A stretch of 64,000 nucleotides of DNA from Eledone cirrhosa (GCA_964016885.1 OZ024744.1:46066001-46130000), one strand, 5' to 3'; shown: positions 15,246-28,940, counted from the first letter of the stretch. Numbers and translations are program-made. The notes: a model not told the origin generated them from the sequence alone.

Positions 15246-15264
15246 ATATATATATATATATATA

Positions 15265-15653
15265 TATATAGTAATAATAATAAATTTGAAGATTAAAATC
15301 CAAAGACCACATCTTAAACAAAAAATCTGAGGCAATTTCGGCTTGTAAACATGAATTGCACAAAACATTCCTGTATTACAGCCCCACATTCTACCTTAGC
15401 GGATAGTACGAACTAACGCGGATATTTTACGTCTTGATGTGGAAGCTAAGTATATGTTATGTTTATACCATTACTTATTTGTATAGGAACGTTTCCACGA
15501 ACCAAAGTATCGTCTTCCTGTCTTCCTCCGTTGCAACGTTTTTTGAAATATTCACTTCTGCGTTCACAGATTGACTTTGTTAGTTTCAGAAGATCCCGTT
15601 AATGGTGAAAGCAGCGATTCTTTGCTTAAACTTTAATCTGTTATTTTAATAAA

Positions 15654-15655
<2 letters not shown>
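15265..15655. mobile_element. Dispersed repeat shared (inverted) with the interior of the 30265-31421 element
   Basis: 15490-15650 is reverse-complement similar to 30960-31125. Confidence 0.6.
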
Positions 15656-15689
<34 letters not shown>

Positions 15690-16344
15690 TGTATGTATGT
15701 ATGTATGTATGTATGTATGTATGTATGTATGTATGTATGTATGTATGTGTGTGTGTGTGTAAATTTCTGTCCATGAATATGATTGTATATGTATATGTAC
15801 GTGTGTATAATTATGTGCATCTGTGTGTATGTATCTGTATATTTATATATGTTCTTATATACATGTGTGCACATCTGGATATAATTTCAGTGTCTGTTCT
15901 AGCTCTCTCAGTACAGATCCCACTGAAGTGAAGCTGCTTATATATTTTGAGGTCCATAAATGAAATACCAGTGAAATACTGGGGTTGATTCTTCCTGTTT
16001 GTCATTGTCTGTCTGTCTACTCTTCTCCCTCTCTCTATATATATCTATATGAGCGCGACACTTGCCTCTAAATTGGACAAACCCGTCCAGCCCATGCTAG
16101 CGTGGAAGATAGACATTAATCGATGATGATGATGATGATTTCTAGGGATTGTAACATTATTACCACAACAGAAGTCTGATGAGCTATTGATTTTAGAGTC
16201 AGGCTAGATCGAACCTTGAGCTGATCGATAGCAAAACGTGCTTCACTGCTCAATAAACGTAATGAAGACATGACAAACCTTCCTTTATATATATATGTAT
16301 ATATACACACATATATATTTCTATTGGTGCTTTAAGATAGCGAC

Positions 16345-16728
16345 GTATATATAAATGTACGTATTGTATATTTAATAATATACTGTATGTTTAGTTAAAA
16401 TCACTTTGAAGGCCGTTTTGCTATGAGGTTAAGGTAGTAACTATAGTCACACACCTGGCTTCAGCAAAACCAAAGGGAAATAACCAACGATTGTTTCTCA
16501 CTTTTTAATGGTTATCAAGGTTATATATCCCCTATTTTTGCTGTGAGCTGTAGAAGGTGGATTCTTATAGAATTCCAATTATGTTTATGCGCTGTTTAAA
16601 CTCATTAACATACAGGTTGCCTGAAGCTAGGTATGTGACGTCCGTCAATATCTTAAATTTATAGCGCAAGGCCTTCAAAATGATTTTAGATAAACAAACA
16701 GTATATTATTAAATATACAATACCTACA

Positions 16729-16740
<12 letters not shown>
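16345..16740. repeat. Diverged TA-flanked inverted repeat
   Basis: Arms ~16345-16470 and ~16612-16740 (TATTGTATATTTAATAATATACTGT / ACAGTATATTATTAAATATACAATA). Confidence 0.7.
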
Positions 16741-16754
<14 letters not shown>

Positions 16755-16768
<14 letters not shown>

Positions 16769-17237
16769 TGAGGATGTGTGTGTGTGAGTTTGAATCCCTA
16801 AAATTCGAGAAGTACCCAACTGATTTTTTTCAAACTTTGCATGCGTATTACTTATATTTCAGGAGTGTTATGAACATTAAAAAGTCAACTTTTTGATCCC
16901 CTAGGGCTCCCAGTAGGGGAAAAACACCGTTTTTTTCAGCTTTTTAGGGTTTTTTGAGGCGTTACGCCAGACTGATTTCCTTGAAATTGTAACTATGTAT
17001 TAGTCAGTCTCTTCTTCATACCGTGAGCAAAGAAAATCCAACTTTTTTATGGCCTAGGGTCGGCATTAGGTGAAAAACTTCATCGAGGAAAATCTTAAAG
17101 ATTATCCAGCCATCAGAGTATTCGGTTTATTTTCTTTACATATTGTCCAGGCATGCAGTTTTTCCACGATTAGGTCTGTTAGCGGCCCGCGTTCCAAAAT
17201 ACCTTATCCTGTGAAACGCCGGGTACCACTGCTAGTA
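16755..17237 (+). mobile_element. Non-autonomous Helitron/Helentron-like element
   Basis: TATATAAAACTG..(TG)n start; 3' CCTGTGAAACGCCGGG hairpin + CTGCTAGT end. Confidence 0.65.
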
Positions 17238-18449
17238 TATATATACACTTAAGAAAATTAACAAATTGAGGACCAGACAAATGAAAACACGGCAACCCGA
17301 AAAACTATTTTTTTAAGTGGAAACCGTAAAAAATAATCTTTTGAAAATGAAAATACAAATGAAAGGCACAGAACTCCAGGTTCATCAGCTGTACAGATGG
17401 ACCTTGCCAGTTTAAACCTCTACCAATGATACTGCTTGTACACCCGGGGTGAGAGGAGGTCACAAATATTAAAATACGCTCATCAGATCTCAGACCACCT
17501 GCAGTTTCAATCTGAGATTACTGCGAAGAATGGGAGGCTCGTAACAATGGAGAAATAAATATCTTCGTTAGTACCCATTCTCTTCAAGTCAACTCACAGC
17601 CGCTGATTCTGTCCTTCGAGGTAATGTTTTACCCAACACCACTTTGATGGTATTTTACTGTTTCAACAGCTTCCTTATGCTGAGTTTTTCTACTTTCCTA
17701 CAAATTCTAATAAAGTGGCGTTTCAAAACTCGATATCCGTGTTAATATTCTTTATATATAAAAAGAAAACGAACACAGACATATACATATATGTGTTCAA
17801 ATCGTAAGGGACTAGATTTGCTAAGGTGAAAAGAATACTAACTATAGGCAATAGGGTTTGTCAGACTTAATTTAAGAATAAATCAAGAAAATAAATACAA
17901 ACCATAATTGCGGTAACTACCAATCACCCGGACAGTTTTGATAATACTGTTTCGCAGTATTAATTGTGAAAAGGACTACCATATTCTCGCTGATCAGCGG
18001 GTGAAGAAATATTAGTATCCTGCTCACTTCTAAAAAAAAACTGGATAGTGTGTTTATATATAAGGCACATGGTATCAGAACTTAGCGTGTCTCGCAAACA
18101 CACACCACTAAAAATAGCAGCCGGGTTTACTCGACATTTGAATTAGCTCGACGAATTAACGGAGCCGAATATATTCAAGGCATATATTGAGTTAGAAACT
18201 CAAAATAGTCTCTTACAATAAATTAGCTCTAGGCAATTGTCTATAGTTAGTATTCTTTTCACCTTAGCGAATCTAGTCCCTTACGATTTGACCACATATA
18301 CGTATATGTCTGTGTTCGTTTTTTTTTTGTTAAGTTATATTATACGGTTCGGAAAAATCTCTTTCCTAGAGTTAATTTATTGTAAGAGACTATTTTGAGT
18401 TTCTAACTCAATATATACCTTGAATATATTCTTTATATATATATATTTA

Positions 18450-18655
18450 GGGCGGGTAAAATTCCCGAGATCCATGGACGAGTTCTCTCCAGCGGTCTCC
18501 AAGGGACTGGTGTCTGTCCTTAGGGAATCAATATATGTCAACCTCGGTTTCCATCTTCTAGTGTATCCCACAGGAACACTGAGTGCAGTGTCAACTCTGA
18601 TGTCGGTGAGCATGTCCAGCTAACCTCAGTCTCCTCTGTGCTACATTTCAGGTGA
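18450..18655 (-). pseudogene. LINE (RTE-like) C-terminal fragment
   Basis: RRWKPRLTYIDSLRTDT resembles the RTE C-terminal RGRPxxTYxD motif. Confidence 0.5.
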
Positions 18656-18719
18656 CTTTAGGGAAGGTCCCAGACAGAAAGAGATAAATATATACAGACC
18701 GCCTCAAAAAGTATTATAT

Positions 18720-18795
18720 CTCTCGGACAGATTAGTGATCTGTTTCGACCTGAGTGTGTTTGTAACAGATAATCCACGGGCTTCATCAGCGAGAG
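18720..18795 (-). ncRNA. Type I hammerhead ribozyme (left arm of fold-back element)
   Basis: CTCTCG-CTGATGA-A-GCCC..GGTC-GAAA-CAGAT cacta ATCTG-TC-CGAGAG: stems I and III complementary, GUC triplet. Confidence 0.8.
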
Positions 18796-18867
18796 AATCT
18801 GATTAAATGTGAAATATTCATTTTGTGTGACTGTTAGCATTAGGTGTTTGTCGCATTTAATCCGATT

Positions 18868-18951
18868 CTCTCGTTGACGATGCCCGTGGATTAATTATCT
18901 GTTACAAAGACACTCAGGGCGAAACAGATTAATCACTAATCTGTCCGGGAG
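18868..18951 (+). ncRNA. Type I hammerhead ribozyme (right arm, C3U variant)
   Basis: CTCTCG-TTGACGA-T-GCCC..GGGC-GAAA-CAGATT..AATCTG-TC-CGGGAG. Confidence 0.75.
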
Positions 18952-19094
18952 ATATAATAGTTATTGGGGCGGTCTTTACTGTGTTTATTACTACATATAT
19001 TATTATTATAACGCTCAGTATTTATACTTTGAGCTTCGTAATTACAGGGTTTCAGTATGAGTTATTAACTCTACCTTTCATTTATATATATATT

Positions 19095-19728
19095 CGTCTG
19101 CGACTTCACAGAACTTATGTTTACCGAATTCGCAGACCAGACCCCTTCTTACTCCCGTTAGACCTGTGCGAAATTCCTTCCTTGCTCACATTTCAACCAG
19201 GTTTGATGGTCTTTATTCTCTCTTTCACGATTTCACCGAATTTATATTCATAGAAATCTGGGACTTGTCTCTTTCTTCATCACTTTCTGTTGCTTAAACC
19301 ATTTTGTTTGTTTACCCTAGCGTCCCCTTTATTTACGTGTCCCAACGACTTTTTTTAGCCGTTGCTCGCACCAACCTGAGGTAATATGTCTTTAAAGCGA
19401 TGAAATGCCTAGGACGGTTCGAAGACCACCGATGAAGGACAAACCTTTTCATATGTAACCCATTTGCAACGCCGCAGCTCCATTATTATCATATTTACAC
19501 ATATATTTTTTCCTCTGCTGCTACCCGTCTGTTTCGTTCGTTGTATCTTTACCCTTTCTAGCAGTCTCTCTCTCTCTGTTAGCCTCTTCCTCACCCTTCA
19601 CTCACTCATTCTCTGTCACTACCTCTCCTCCTCCTCTTTCTTCCCGTTTGACCTGTCCGTAATCCTCTTCTCGCGCGCTCTTGGCCAAGCCGGTATGAAT
19701 TTCTCTCTCTCTCCTCTCTCTCTCTCTT

Positions 19729-19766
<38 letters not shown>

Positions 19767-19776
19767 TCTCTCTCTT

Positions 19777-19874
<98 letters not shown>

Positions 19875-20266
19875 GCGACTTCACAGAACTTATGTTTACC
19901 GAATTCGAAGACCAGACCCCTTCTTCCTCCCGTTAGACCTGTGCGAAATTCCTTCCTTGCTCACATTTCAACCAGGTTTGATGGTCTTTATTCTCTCGTT
20001 CACGATTTCACCGAATTTATATTCATAGAAATCTGGGACTTGTCTCTTTCTTCATCACTTTCTGTTGCTGAAACCATTTTGTTTGTTTACCCTAGCGTCC
20101 CCTTTATTTACGTGTCCCAATGACTTTTTTTAGCCATTGCTCGTACCAACCTGAGGTATATGGTCTTTAAAGCGATGAAATGCCTAGGACGGTTGGAAGA
20201 CCACTGATGAAGGACAAACTTTTTCATATGTAACCCATTTGCAACGCCACAGCTCCATTATTATCA

Positions 20267-20329
<63 letters not shown>

Positions 20330-20975
20330 CGTGAGGTATATGATTTTTAATGCGATGAAATACCCATGATCGTTTGGTAAATCACTGATGAGGGACTCAT
20401 TTTATAACATGTTATCCATGTGCAACCAGCAGTATTCTTCTCACCCATATTTTCATATATTTACCCAAACTGCAATTCTGTGTTTCTCTCTTTCTCTCTT
20501 ACTGCTCCCTCGTTCTCTCTGTTTCTCTTAGTTTCTTTCGTCCCCTCTGCCACGTCAGTTAACTCTTTCTCTCTACTGATCTCTTCCTCGCACTCCCACT
20601 CACTCAGTCCCTGTTCCTCCCGTTCGCTGGGAAAACGGTTTTCATTCTTTCTAACACCAGATTCACTAGCGAAAGGTCTGTTTTCTGACTCGCTCATATA
20701 TTCACACAGCTTATACTGAAATAATAACTATGTTGCTTGTGTTTATTTACATCTTCGGTTAGCTTTCCCCTGTGTTGTTTACTTGTCTCACTCTCTTTAC
20801 GCGTTTCTATTGTCCTAATAACTTATTTTAGTTATTATCGCTCCAACGTGAGGTATATGATTTTTAATGCGATGAAATACCCATGATCGTTTGGTAAATC
20901 ACTGATGAGGGACTCATTTTATAACATGTTATCCATGTGCAACCAGCAGTATTCTTCTCACCCATATTTTCATAT
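19095..20975. repeat. Two direct duplications separated by microsatellites
   Basis: 19095-19500 matches 19870-20270; 20327-20460 matches 20845-20975. The two families are themselves related. Confidence 0.85.
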
Positions 20976-20984
20976 ATATATATA

Positions 20985-21995
20985 TATATTGTTATATTTG
21001 GGGAGGGTCATATTGTTAAAATATTGCCAGAAATAATAGCAGAACACACTCACTGTTTGGTTTGGGTTGGTTATCGCTTCTGTGTCTTTTATATCTCCAT
21101 AGTTAATTTATCTGGCAATCAAAGCTTATCATTGACTGACCAACGGTTAAAAATACAGATATAAATATAATAACTAGAAATTGATTAACATATATATAAA
21201 CATGAATAATCACAGGAGATAATTTTTAAAAGTGTGTAGCCACACATAGCTAGGTAGGTAACTAAATAAAGTTGACTAGAACTTCAAAAATAGATACCTT
21301 ATAATATCTTCCCTTATAATATGATTAATCAGGGAAGATTAATCATATTATAAGGTATCTATTTTTGAAGTTCTAGTCAACTTTATTTAGTTACCTACCT
21401 AGCTATGTGTGGCTACACACTTGTAAAAATTACCTCCTGTGATTATTCATGTTTATATATATGTTAATCAATTTCTAGTTATTATAAAATGCTCGGACCT
21501 ACTCGTTAGAATCTTAAAGCTTATTTTCCGGGTGATATGGTGCATGTCTTTCTGGCATGACGCCCATAATTTTGATTTAGATTAAATTCATGTAATTTAT
21601 CTTAATTTTGGATATAGATATATAGATATAAATATATATATATATAGTCTATCAAAGTTCTTTCGACACACATCCGTGGCTCCTGATTCTGTCTCTTTGG
21701 TTGTAGCCAGAGAACTGCATGCAGTTGATGAAGTGTTGGATGTGTCTTTCCATTTCTGTTGGGACACACATGCGGGACACATTCTTCATCACTCTTACCA
21801 AGTCTGCGATCAGAATATTAAACTTAGCACTATTGGACATTGCTGAGTTTTTGAGTATCAGGTATTTGGAGGCCATGGGTTTAGCATAGTGTGAGTGGGG
21901 AATTTGGGCCCTCTTGTCTGTAGTGTTTAACCAGAGTTCCATGTCTAATAGTGGTAGTCTATTGTTAGGGTGTTTGGAAGGGTAGTCACACATTA
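20985..21995 (-). mobile_element. Internally deleted copy of the Penelope-like element 1 family, interrupted by a nested insertion
   Basis: 21652-21993 encodes an RT thumb homologous to 13790-14100; 20985-21169 is the reverse complement of ~15075-15245. Confidence 0.85.
21170..21623. mobile_element. Nested fold-back element
   Basis: Arms ~21168-21308 and ~21344-21486; AGATATAAATATA duplicated on both sides of the insertion. Confidence 0.7.
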
Positions 21996-22630
21996 TATAA
22001 CCTCTTCAGTGACAAGGCTGTTATTTAGTGTCTCTCCTTTGTTCTGTCCGACATCTAATTTTTGTGAACTCACAAAAACAAGAGATTATTTCTTTTGTTG
22101 TTTAGTAAAAATTAACACAACACATTGATTACATCTGAAGGAGCTAAGCTGACAAAGATTTACTTAATGTCTATATTAATGTGTGTAAATAATAGAATTA
22201 TGTGAACCCTTCAACGATACAGTAATTATATACAAGTGAAAATATAACAACATTGGAAAAATATATTTCTTCAATATAGTCAATGTTAATCCTAACTTTG
22301 CTGACTGCTTCTCTATACATGGCTTTATGATCATGTCTCCAAAACATGTACCAGGTAGCTATTTACAGTATTACAACCTTATTATGTCATCAACGAAACC
22401 CTACACCAACAGATGTCCCTTCAATATCAAAACAGCTCCCTGAAATACAGTTACTCAATCCCTATTTCACAGGTTGACTCAGACATAGTCCCAAAGAAAG
22501 GAAATCCTTGTGGAATAATAGGGGTACCTTAGTGACATATAACATTTATTCGGTATTTTAGACCTGGTGGAGACCACACTTTTTTTCCAGATCTGAATAC
22601 ACTTGATTTCTTCCAGAGAAAGGGATATAG

Positions 22631-22695
<65 letters not shown>

Positions 22696-23009
22696 ATGGA
22701 CCTGTAAATCTTGGGGTAGTTGTAGGGGTACTCTAGTGGATTTTAGTCTTTGTTGCATATATTTTAAAACCTGATGGAGCCCATCTCCCCTCTCCAGGTC
22801 TGAACACAATTGAGATCTGAATAAAGTGAAATCAGATATTGTATGGATTCATATAGTTTAATAAAAACTAACAACACAACTCATTGATTATATGTGAAAA
22901 AGTAAGTTGACAAAGATTTACTTAATGTCTATATTAATGTAAATAATATAATCATGTGAACCCTTCAAAGATACAGTAATTATATACAAGGGAAAATATA
23001 TATAACAAC

Positions 23010-23250
23010 ATTACCACTAATACTAACTACTATACTGTACATTAGATAATGTAGTCCTAGATACACTAATACTAACTACTGTACATTAGATAATGTAGTC
23101 CTAGATAAACTATGTCTGATAGCCACTAATACTAACTACTGTACTGTACATTACATAATGTACTCCTAGATACACTATGTCTGATAGCCACTCATACTAA
23201 CTACTATACTGTACATTAGATAATGTAGTCCTAGATATAGTCACTAGTAT
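23010..23250. repeat. Minisatellite (ACTAATACTAACTACT..GTACATTAGATAATGTAGTCCTAGATA)
   Basis: Four imperfect tandem copies. Confidence 0.85.
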
Positions 23251-23254
23251 ATAC

Positions 23255-23580
23255 GTAGTTCTCAGGGAGATTCAGCGAGACAAAACGTGTGACATGGCCT
23301 CCTTTTTACATACATATAGAACCCATCTCATATTATAATGTGTCTGGGTATTACATTGACACGTGTACCGTTGACATTGTTCTCAGGGAGATTCAGTGTG
23401 ACAATTCTATGTAACAACGCCCTCCTATAATGACTGGTACAACATATTATTTTTGCCAGTTGGGTAAAATAAAACAATGAGAAATAAAGTGCCTTGTTCA
23501 AGGCCCCAACGTACAGACCACCCGGTCTGAGATTCGAAGTCACGAACCATACGTTCGTGAATTACACGCTATCACCGCGT
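23255..23580 (-). mobile_element. Diverged SINE
   Basis: Inverted tRNA-like head near 23520-23580 and duplicated TTCTCAGGGAGATTCAG core. Confidence 0.5.
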
Positions 23581-24821
23581 AAACCCAGTTTCCTCCACAC
23601 AAAATACACCAGAATAATTTAATCCGGATTAATTCACGAACAAGATTTACAATAAGTCGCTGAGAGTGATCTCCCTTGGCTGACTTTAAAATCTTTTATT
23701 CTTCCATTAGAAATTAATTTGTTTCATGTCCGACTGAAAGACTCTGGTAGTATTATTACCTGTCTTGGGTTTAATTGATGAGGAATTTTGAGGTATTTAT
23801 AACAATTATTAATTATTTCATTACTGAGATATCATTGGAAGGATTTACTAAAGTTTTTGATTATTAATTATTTTATTAGTAACTTAACATGTGGTTCTTG
23901 TATACAATTATGTTTAAAGATTTTAGGAAGAAGTAGGGTTAGGGTGTCGGTAAAATAGACTCCTAGGCTATGTAGCCGGTAAGACTGTCAGACTCCATGT
24001 GTTGCGGCCCTTTATGGTCTGAGTTGACACAATTTAAAATACTTTTCCACCCTCAATTGTTAAAAAACAAGTTAAAATCATTTAGTCGTCCATTCGTAGA
24101 GTACGTTACACTTTAGTTACATATACATCTACTGTGTTATATATACACACATCTACTGTATTACATACACACACACATCTACTGTGTTACATACACACAC
24201 AACTACTGAGTTACATACACACACATATACTGTGTTACATACACACACACATCTACTGTGTTACATACACACACATCTACTGAGTTACATACACAGACAT
24301 CTACTGAGTTACATACACACTCATCTACTGTATTACATACAGACATCTACTGAGTTACATACTCATCTACTGTGTGATATACACACATCTACTGTGTTAC
24401 ATACATACATACATATCTACTGTGTTGCATACATACTCATCTACTGTATTACATATACACACATCTACTGTGTTACATACACACATCTACTGTGTTACAT
24501 ACAGACACATCTACTATGTTACATACAGACATCTACTGTGTTACATATACACATATCTACTGTGTTATATACCCACATCTACTGTGTTACATATACACAC
24601 ATCTACTGTGTTACATACATATCTACTGTGTTGCATACACACTCATCTACTGTGTTACATACAGACACATCTACTGTGTTACATACACACATCTACTCTG
24701 TTACATACACACATATCTACTGTGTTACATACAGACACATCTACTGTGTTACATATACACACATCTACTGTGTTCCATGCACACATCTACTGTGTAACAT
24801 ACACACACATCTACTGAGTAA

Positions 24822-25200
24822 CATCATCATCATCATCATCACCGTTTTACGTCCGTTCTTCCACTCTAGCATGGGTTAGACGGGTTGTCCTGTTGTGGGC
24901 AGTGTCTGGTCGGCTGACCATGCCTTGCTCATACAGGAACTGATCTGGCTTGATTTCTACAGCTGGATGCCCTTCCTAACACCAACCTAATTTACAGTGA
25001 GTGCTGGGTGCTTTTTCGTGGCGCCTACACGTCCACTTTACAGTGTGGGCTGGGTGCTTTTTTGCCGTGGCACCTCCACGACCACCTTGCGGTGGTGGTG
25101 GGGGGGGGGGGGGGCATATTGTTTATATGCTTCAGCATGTACCCATGGGAGGTCGGGTACCCTGTATTACTGCGTGACGCCAGAAGTCACGGTCGTGTGT
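24822..25200 (-). mobile_element. RTE 3' UTR fragment
   Basis: (CAT)n tail, CTGGATGCCCTTCCTAACACCAACC; homologous to 49725-50090. Confidence 0.8.
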
Positions 25201-25247
25201 ACCGTGTTACATATACACAGATCTACTGAGTTACATACACACACATC

Positions 25248-26057
25248 TTTAACGAAAGGTATAAATGAGAAAGAAATGGTTATATAATGGGTAGTATGGT
25301 AATATGTATAGAATAGATATGTTGGTTATTTAGTTGTTATGATAATAACAATGTTTGTAGAAGAGATAACATAAATAATAGGAATAATAACGTGAATATA
25401 ATATAAAGAATATAAAGGATATAAGAATATATGATTTGATTTATATAGTTTACTTCACGTGAATTAAAAGGTACAAATAAACAAGTTACCATAAGTTGCA
25501 AAGATTGACAATATTATTTTGTTGTTGAAGTGTAGGTTGTTGTAGTCTGTTGTTGTTGGTGTTAAAAAGGCGAGTTACAGATAATTGTTGTTGGAATTCG
25601 TGGTAATAGTTGTTAGACCGTGTTAGTTAGAGAGAGATGAGATATAGTTCGTATATCTCTGAATGGTCTGTAGTAACTGAGAAATACCGTGAACTGCATA
25701 TCTTCCACATTTGTGCTCTGTATAGTAGGGTTCGAATCGCTCTGGGCATATCTGTAGACTTCATTGGGTCTGTTGAATAGTAGTGAATCTTTACATAGCT
25801 CGTTCTGTAGTGGGGTGATCCGATGTCTCTGACTGTAGACCACTGGGTGTCTATTTATAGCAGTATATCCTTACATATTTAGTTGTATATCCTATCACTT
25901 CGATGTCTCTGTGTGGAATGGCTTGTACATGGTCTGCATATAGCTGTCACTTCCTGCCCCCCCCCAACCCGAACTTGTTAACACAATAAATGTGGTGACC
26001 TAAAATTTAACCTTTAGGTATCACCCGAAGTTCAAGGCGCGGACAGATTTCGCTACA
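25248..26057 (-). mobile_element. Solo LTR (Gypsy-like), 810 bp
   Basis: Minus-strand termini TGTAGCGAAA..TTTCGTTAAA; 4-bp TSD CATC; internal CTATAAATAG TATA box. Confidence 0.7.
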
Positions 26058-27949
26058 CATCTACTGTATAACATACTCACATCTACTGTGTTACATAGAC
26101 ATCTTCTGTGTTACATACACATCTACTGTGTTACATACACACACATCTACTGTGTTACATACACATCTACTGTGTTACATACACACACATCTACTGTGTT
26201 ACAAACTCACACATCTACTGTTACATACACATACATCTACTGAGTTACACACACACATCTACTGTCTTACATACACACATCTACTGTGTTACATACACAC
26301 ATCTTCTGAGTTACATACACACACATCTACTGTGTTACATACACATACATCTACTGAGTTACACACACACATCTACTGTGTTACATACACATCTACTGTG
26401 TTACATACACACACATCTACTGTGTTACATACACACACATCTACTGAGTAACATATTAACATCTACTGTGTTACATAGACATCTACTGTGTTACATACCC
26501 ATCTACTGTGTTATATACACACACATCTACTGTGTTACATACACACACATCTACTGTGTTACATACACACACATCTACTGTGTTACATACACACACATCT
26601 ACTGTGTTACATACACATACATCTACTGAGTTACACACACACACATCTACTGTCTTAGATACACACATCTACTGTGTTACATACACCCATCTGCTGTGTT
26701 ACATACGCACACATCTTCTGAGTTACATACACATCTACTGTGTTACACACACACACATCTTCTGAGTTACATACACACACATCTACTGTGTTACATACAC
26801 ACACATCTACTGAGTTACACACACATCTACTGTGTTACATACACACACTTCTACTGTGTTACATACACACATCTACTGTGTTACATACAGACACATCTAC
26901 TGAGTTACATAGACACACTATTGTGTTACATACACACATCTACTTTGTTATATACACACATCTACCATGTTACACACACACACATCCACTGTGTTACATA
27001 CCACATTTGCTGTGTTGTATACACACATCTACTTTCTACTGTGTTACATACACACACATCTACTGGGTTACACATCTACTCATACATATTCATAAATAGA
27101 CACACAATACAAAATAATTATTACATACACACACATCTATGTAATGATTGAGGAAGAAATTGGCTGGTGAAACGCTATAGCGATGTGTGTGTTGCGTACC
27201 TTTAGGGTTTACCGGCTTCGTAACCTTTTCGAAGATTTTATAATAATTATGAACCTTGTATTTCAATTAATTATGAATAATTTTGAGCTATTTATCACAA
27301 TTGTTAGTTAATTACTAACATAGTAACTTAAGATATGGTTTTATATAGAATTTCGTTGGAAGACTTTAATTTAGATAGGAACCATTTCCATAGAACGAGA
27401 ACCAATTTTGGCTGGGTTTCTACCAAAAGGGTTAATGAAGAATTTTGAACAATTTACTAAAATTATTAATTATTTCATTACTAAGATAATGTGTGAATAC
27501 ACAATTATATGTGTGTGTGTATATATATATAACCCGTATATATATAGTATACAAAAGATGTAGTGGGATTATGAGTAGTCTTAAGACAAGTCTGTCCAGA
27601 TAGCTGCGCTGCAACTTACACTTATTGGGACTGTGTGTTGGCTAGCAGGCCTGTATTTTGGGATCTAGCTGGTCCATTATGAGGGAGGTCTGGTTAGTTG
27701 GCAGGACCATGCCTTACTTGTGGTATATGTGTGTATAGAAATAAATTATATATGTATACATGTATGTTTAGGTGTGTTTACATGCATATATAATTTTCAG
27801 ATGTATACATGTAAGAGTATATATATCTTTATATATGTATATTTATAAATATATAAACAAACATATGAGTGTATATAAATATATATATATGTTTATATTT
27901 ATATATCAATCATCTTTTAATATATATATATGTATATATAAAATATATA

Positions 27950-28027
27950 CAGGGTATCCCCAAAAAAAGTATACACACTTCAACTACAGTCTATGTAAAT
28001 GTGTATACATATTTTAGGGACACTCTG
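27950..28027. mobile_element. 78-bp Tc1/mariner MITE
   Basis: TA|CAGGGTATCCCCAAAA..TTTTAGGGACACTCTG|TA. Confidence 0.7.
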
Positions 28028-28599
28028 TATATATACATATCATGTAACGTGACTCCTACTATTATTGGTTGTACAGATCGTCACAGATAAAAATATTTAT
28101 TTCGACCAAGATTGAATATTTAATGGAATTAAGTGGAATTAGGAAATATGACAATAAAACAGTGAAATGAAGACATAAGAGGTAGATAGAGTAAAAGAAG
28201 AGAGGGGGAGAGAGAATTAACACAGTTTTGATTTTTTATCTCTCTCACTCCTCCTCCTTCCATATATTATTGTCTCTTACTACTCCTCATAAAAGCAGGT
28301 CTGACCATTAGTCTGAATTATATCTACTTATGTAGGTTTAACTCTACCAAGATTACCGAATCACTGCTCGAACTTGGTGTTTCTGAAACTAAGTTATTGT
28401 GTTAGCAGATGTTGGATGAGAATCTTCAATAAAAATGTAGAGGAGCAAGGCGATAGAACTTTCTTTTTGTTTGTATTGGAATTAATTTTTCCGTGTTTTC
28501 TTTTCTGTTGCTTGTAAATACAACCCACGTGTTGTAAGAGTGGTTGAGTTACTGCAGTGTTAATGCTTCAGTGTGTGGAAGCCAGGTTAACAGAGCATA

Positions 28600-28940
28600 T
28601 GTACGGAACCATGTAAATGCCCTACCACAGATCTTTCTTTGAATCACGAAGCATCATCCTGAAGAAGATTGCAAATAAATTTGGGGCACGGACACAGCTT
28701 TGTTTCACATCATTCTTGATGAAGAATTAATCAGAGAGAGACTATCATTGTGCTTTACCTCTCCCTGCTGACCTGTGTGGAGTTGTTGTAGCATGGTCAG
28801 GAATTTTAGCTGACCTCCGAGTCTGCTGAGGATCTTCCACAGTCCATCCCTACTAACTGTATCAAATGCCTTCGTCAGGTCAATGAAGGCAGCGTACAAG
28901 GCCATATTTTTCTCTCTAGTCCATATCAGACACAATGTAT
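28600..28940 (-). pseudogene. RTE/BovB-type RT fragment
   Basis: LYAAFIDLTKAFDTVSRDGLWKILSRLG. Confidence 0.85.

Larger units (their letters stand above)
24115..27075. repeat. Minisatellite (CATCTACTGTGTTACATACACACA)n interrupted by two insertions
   Basis: 22-26-bp units at 24115-24822, 25200-25247 and 26058-27075. Confidence 0.95.

Noticed and set aside
21225-21270. Hammerhead in the 21170 palindrome
   Set aside because: A GTGTG/CACAC stem is present but neither core box is intact.
24184-27151. HLLCYIHT/STVLHT-repeat ORFs
   Set aside because: Translations of a minisatellite with variable unit length, open in several frames.
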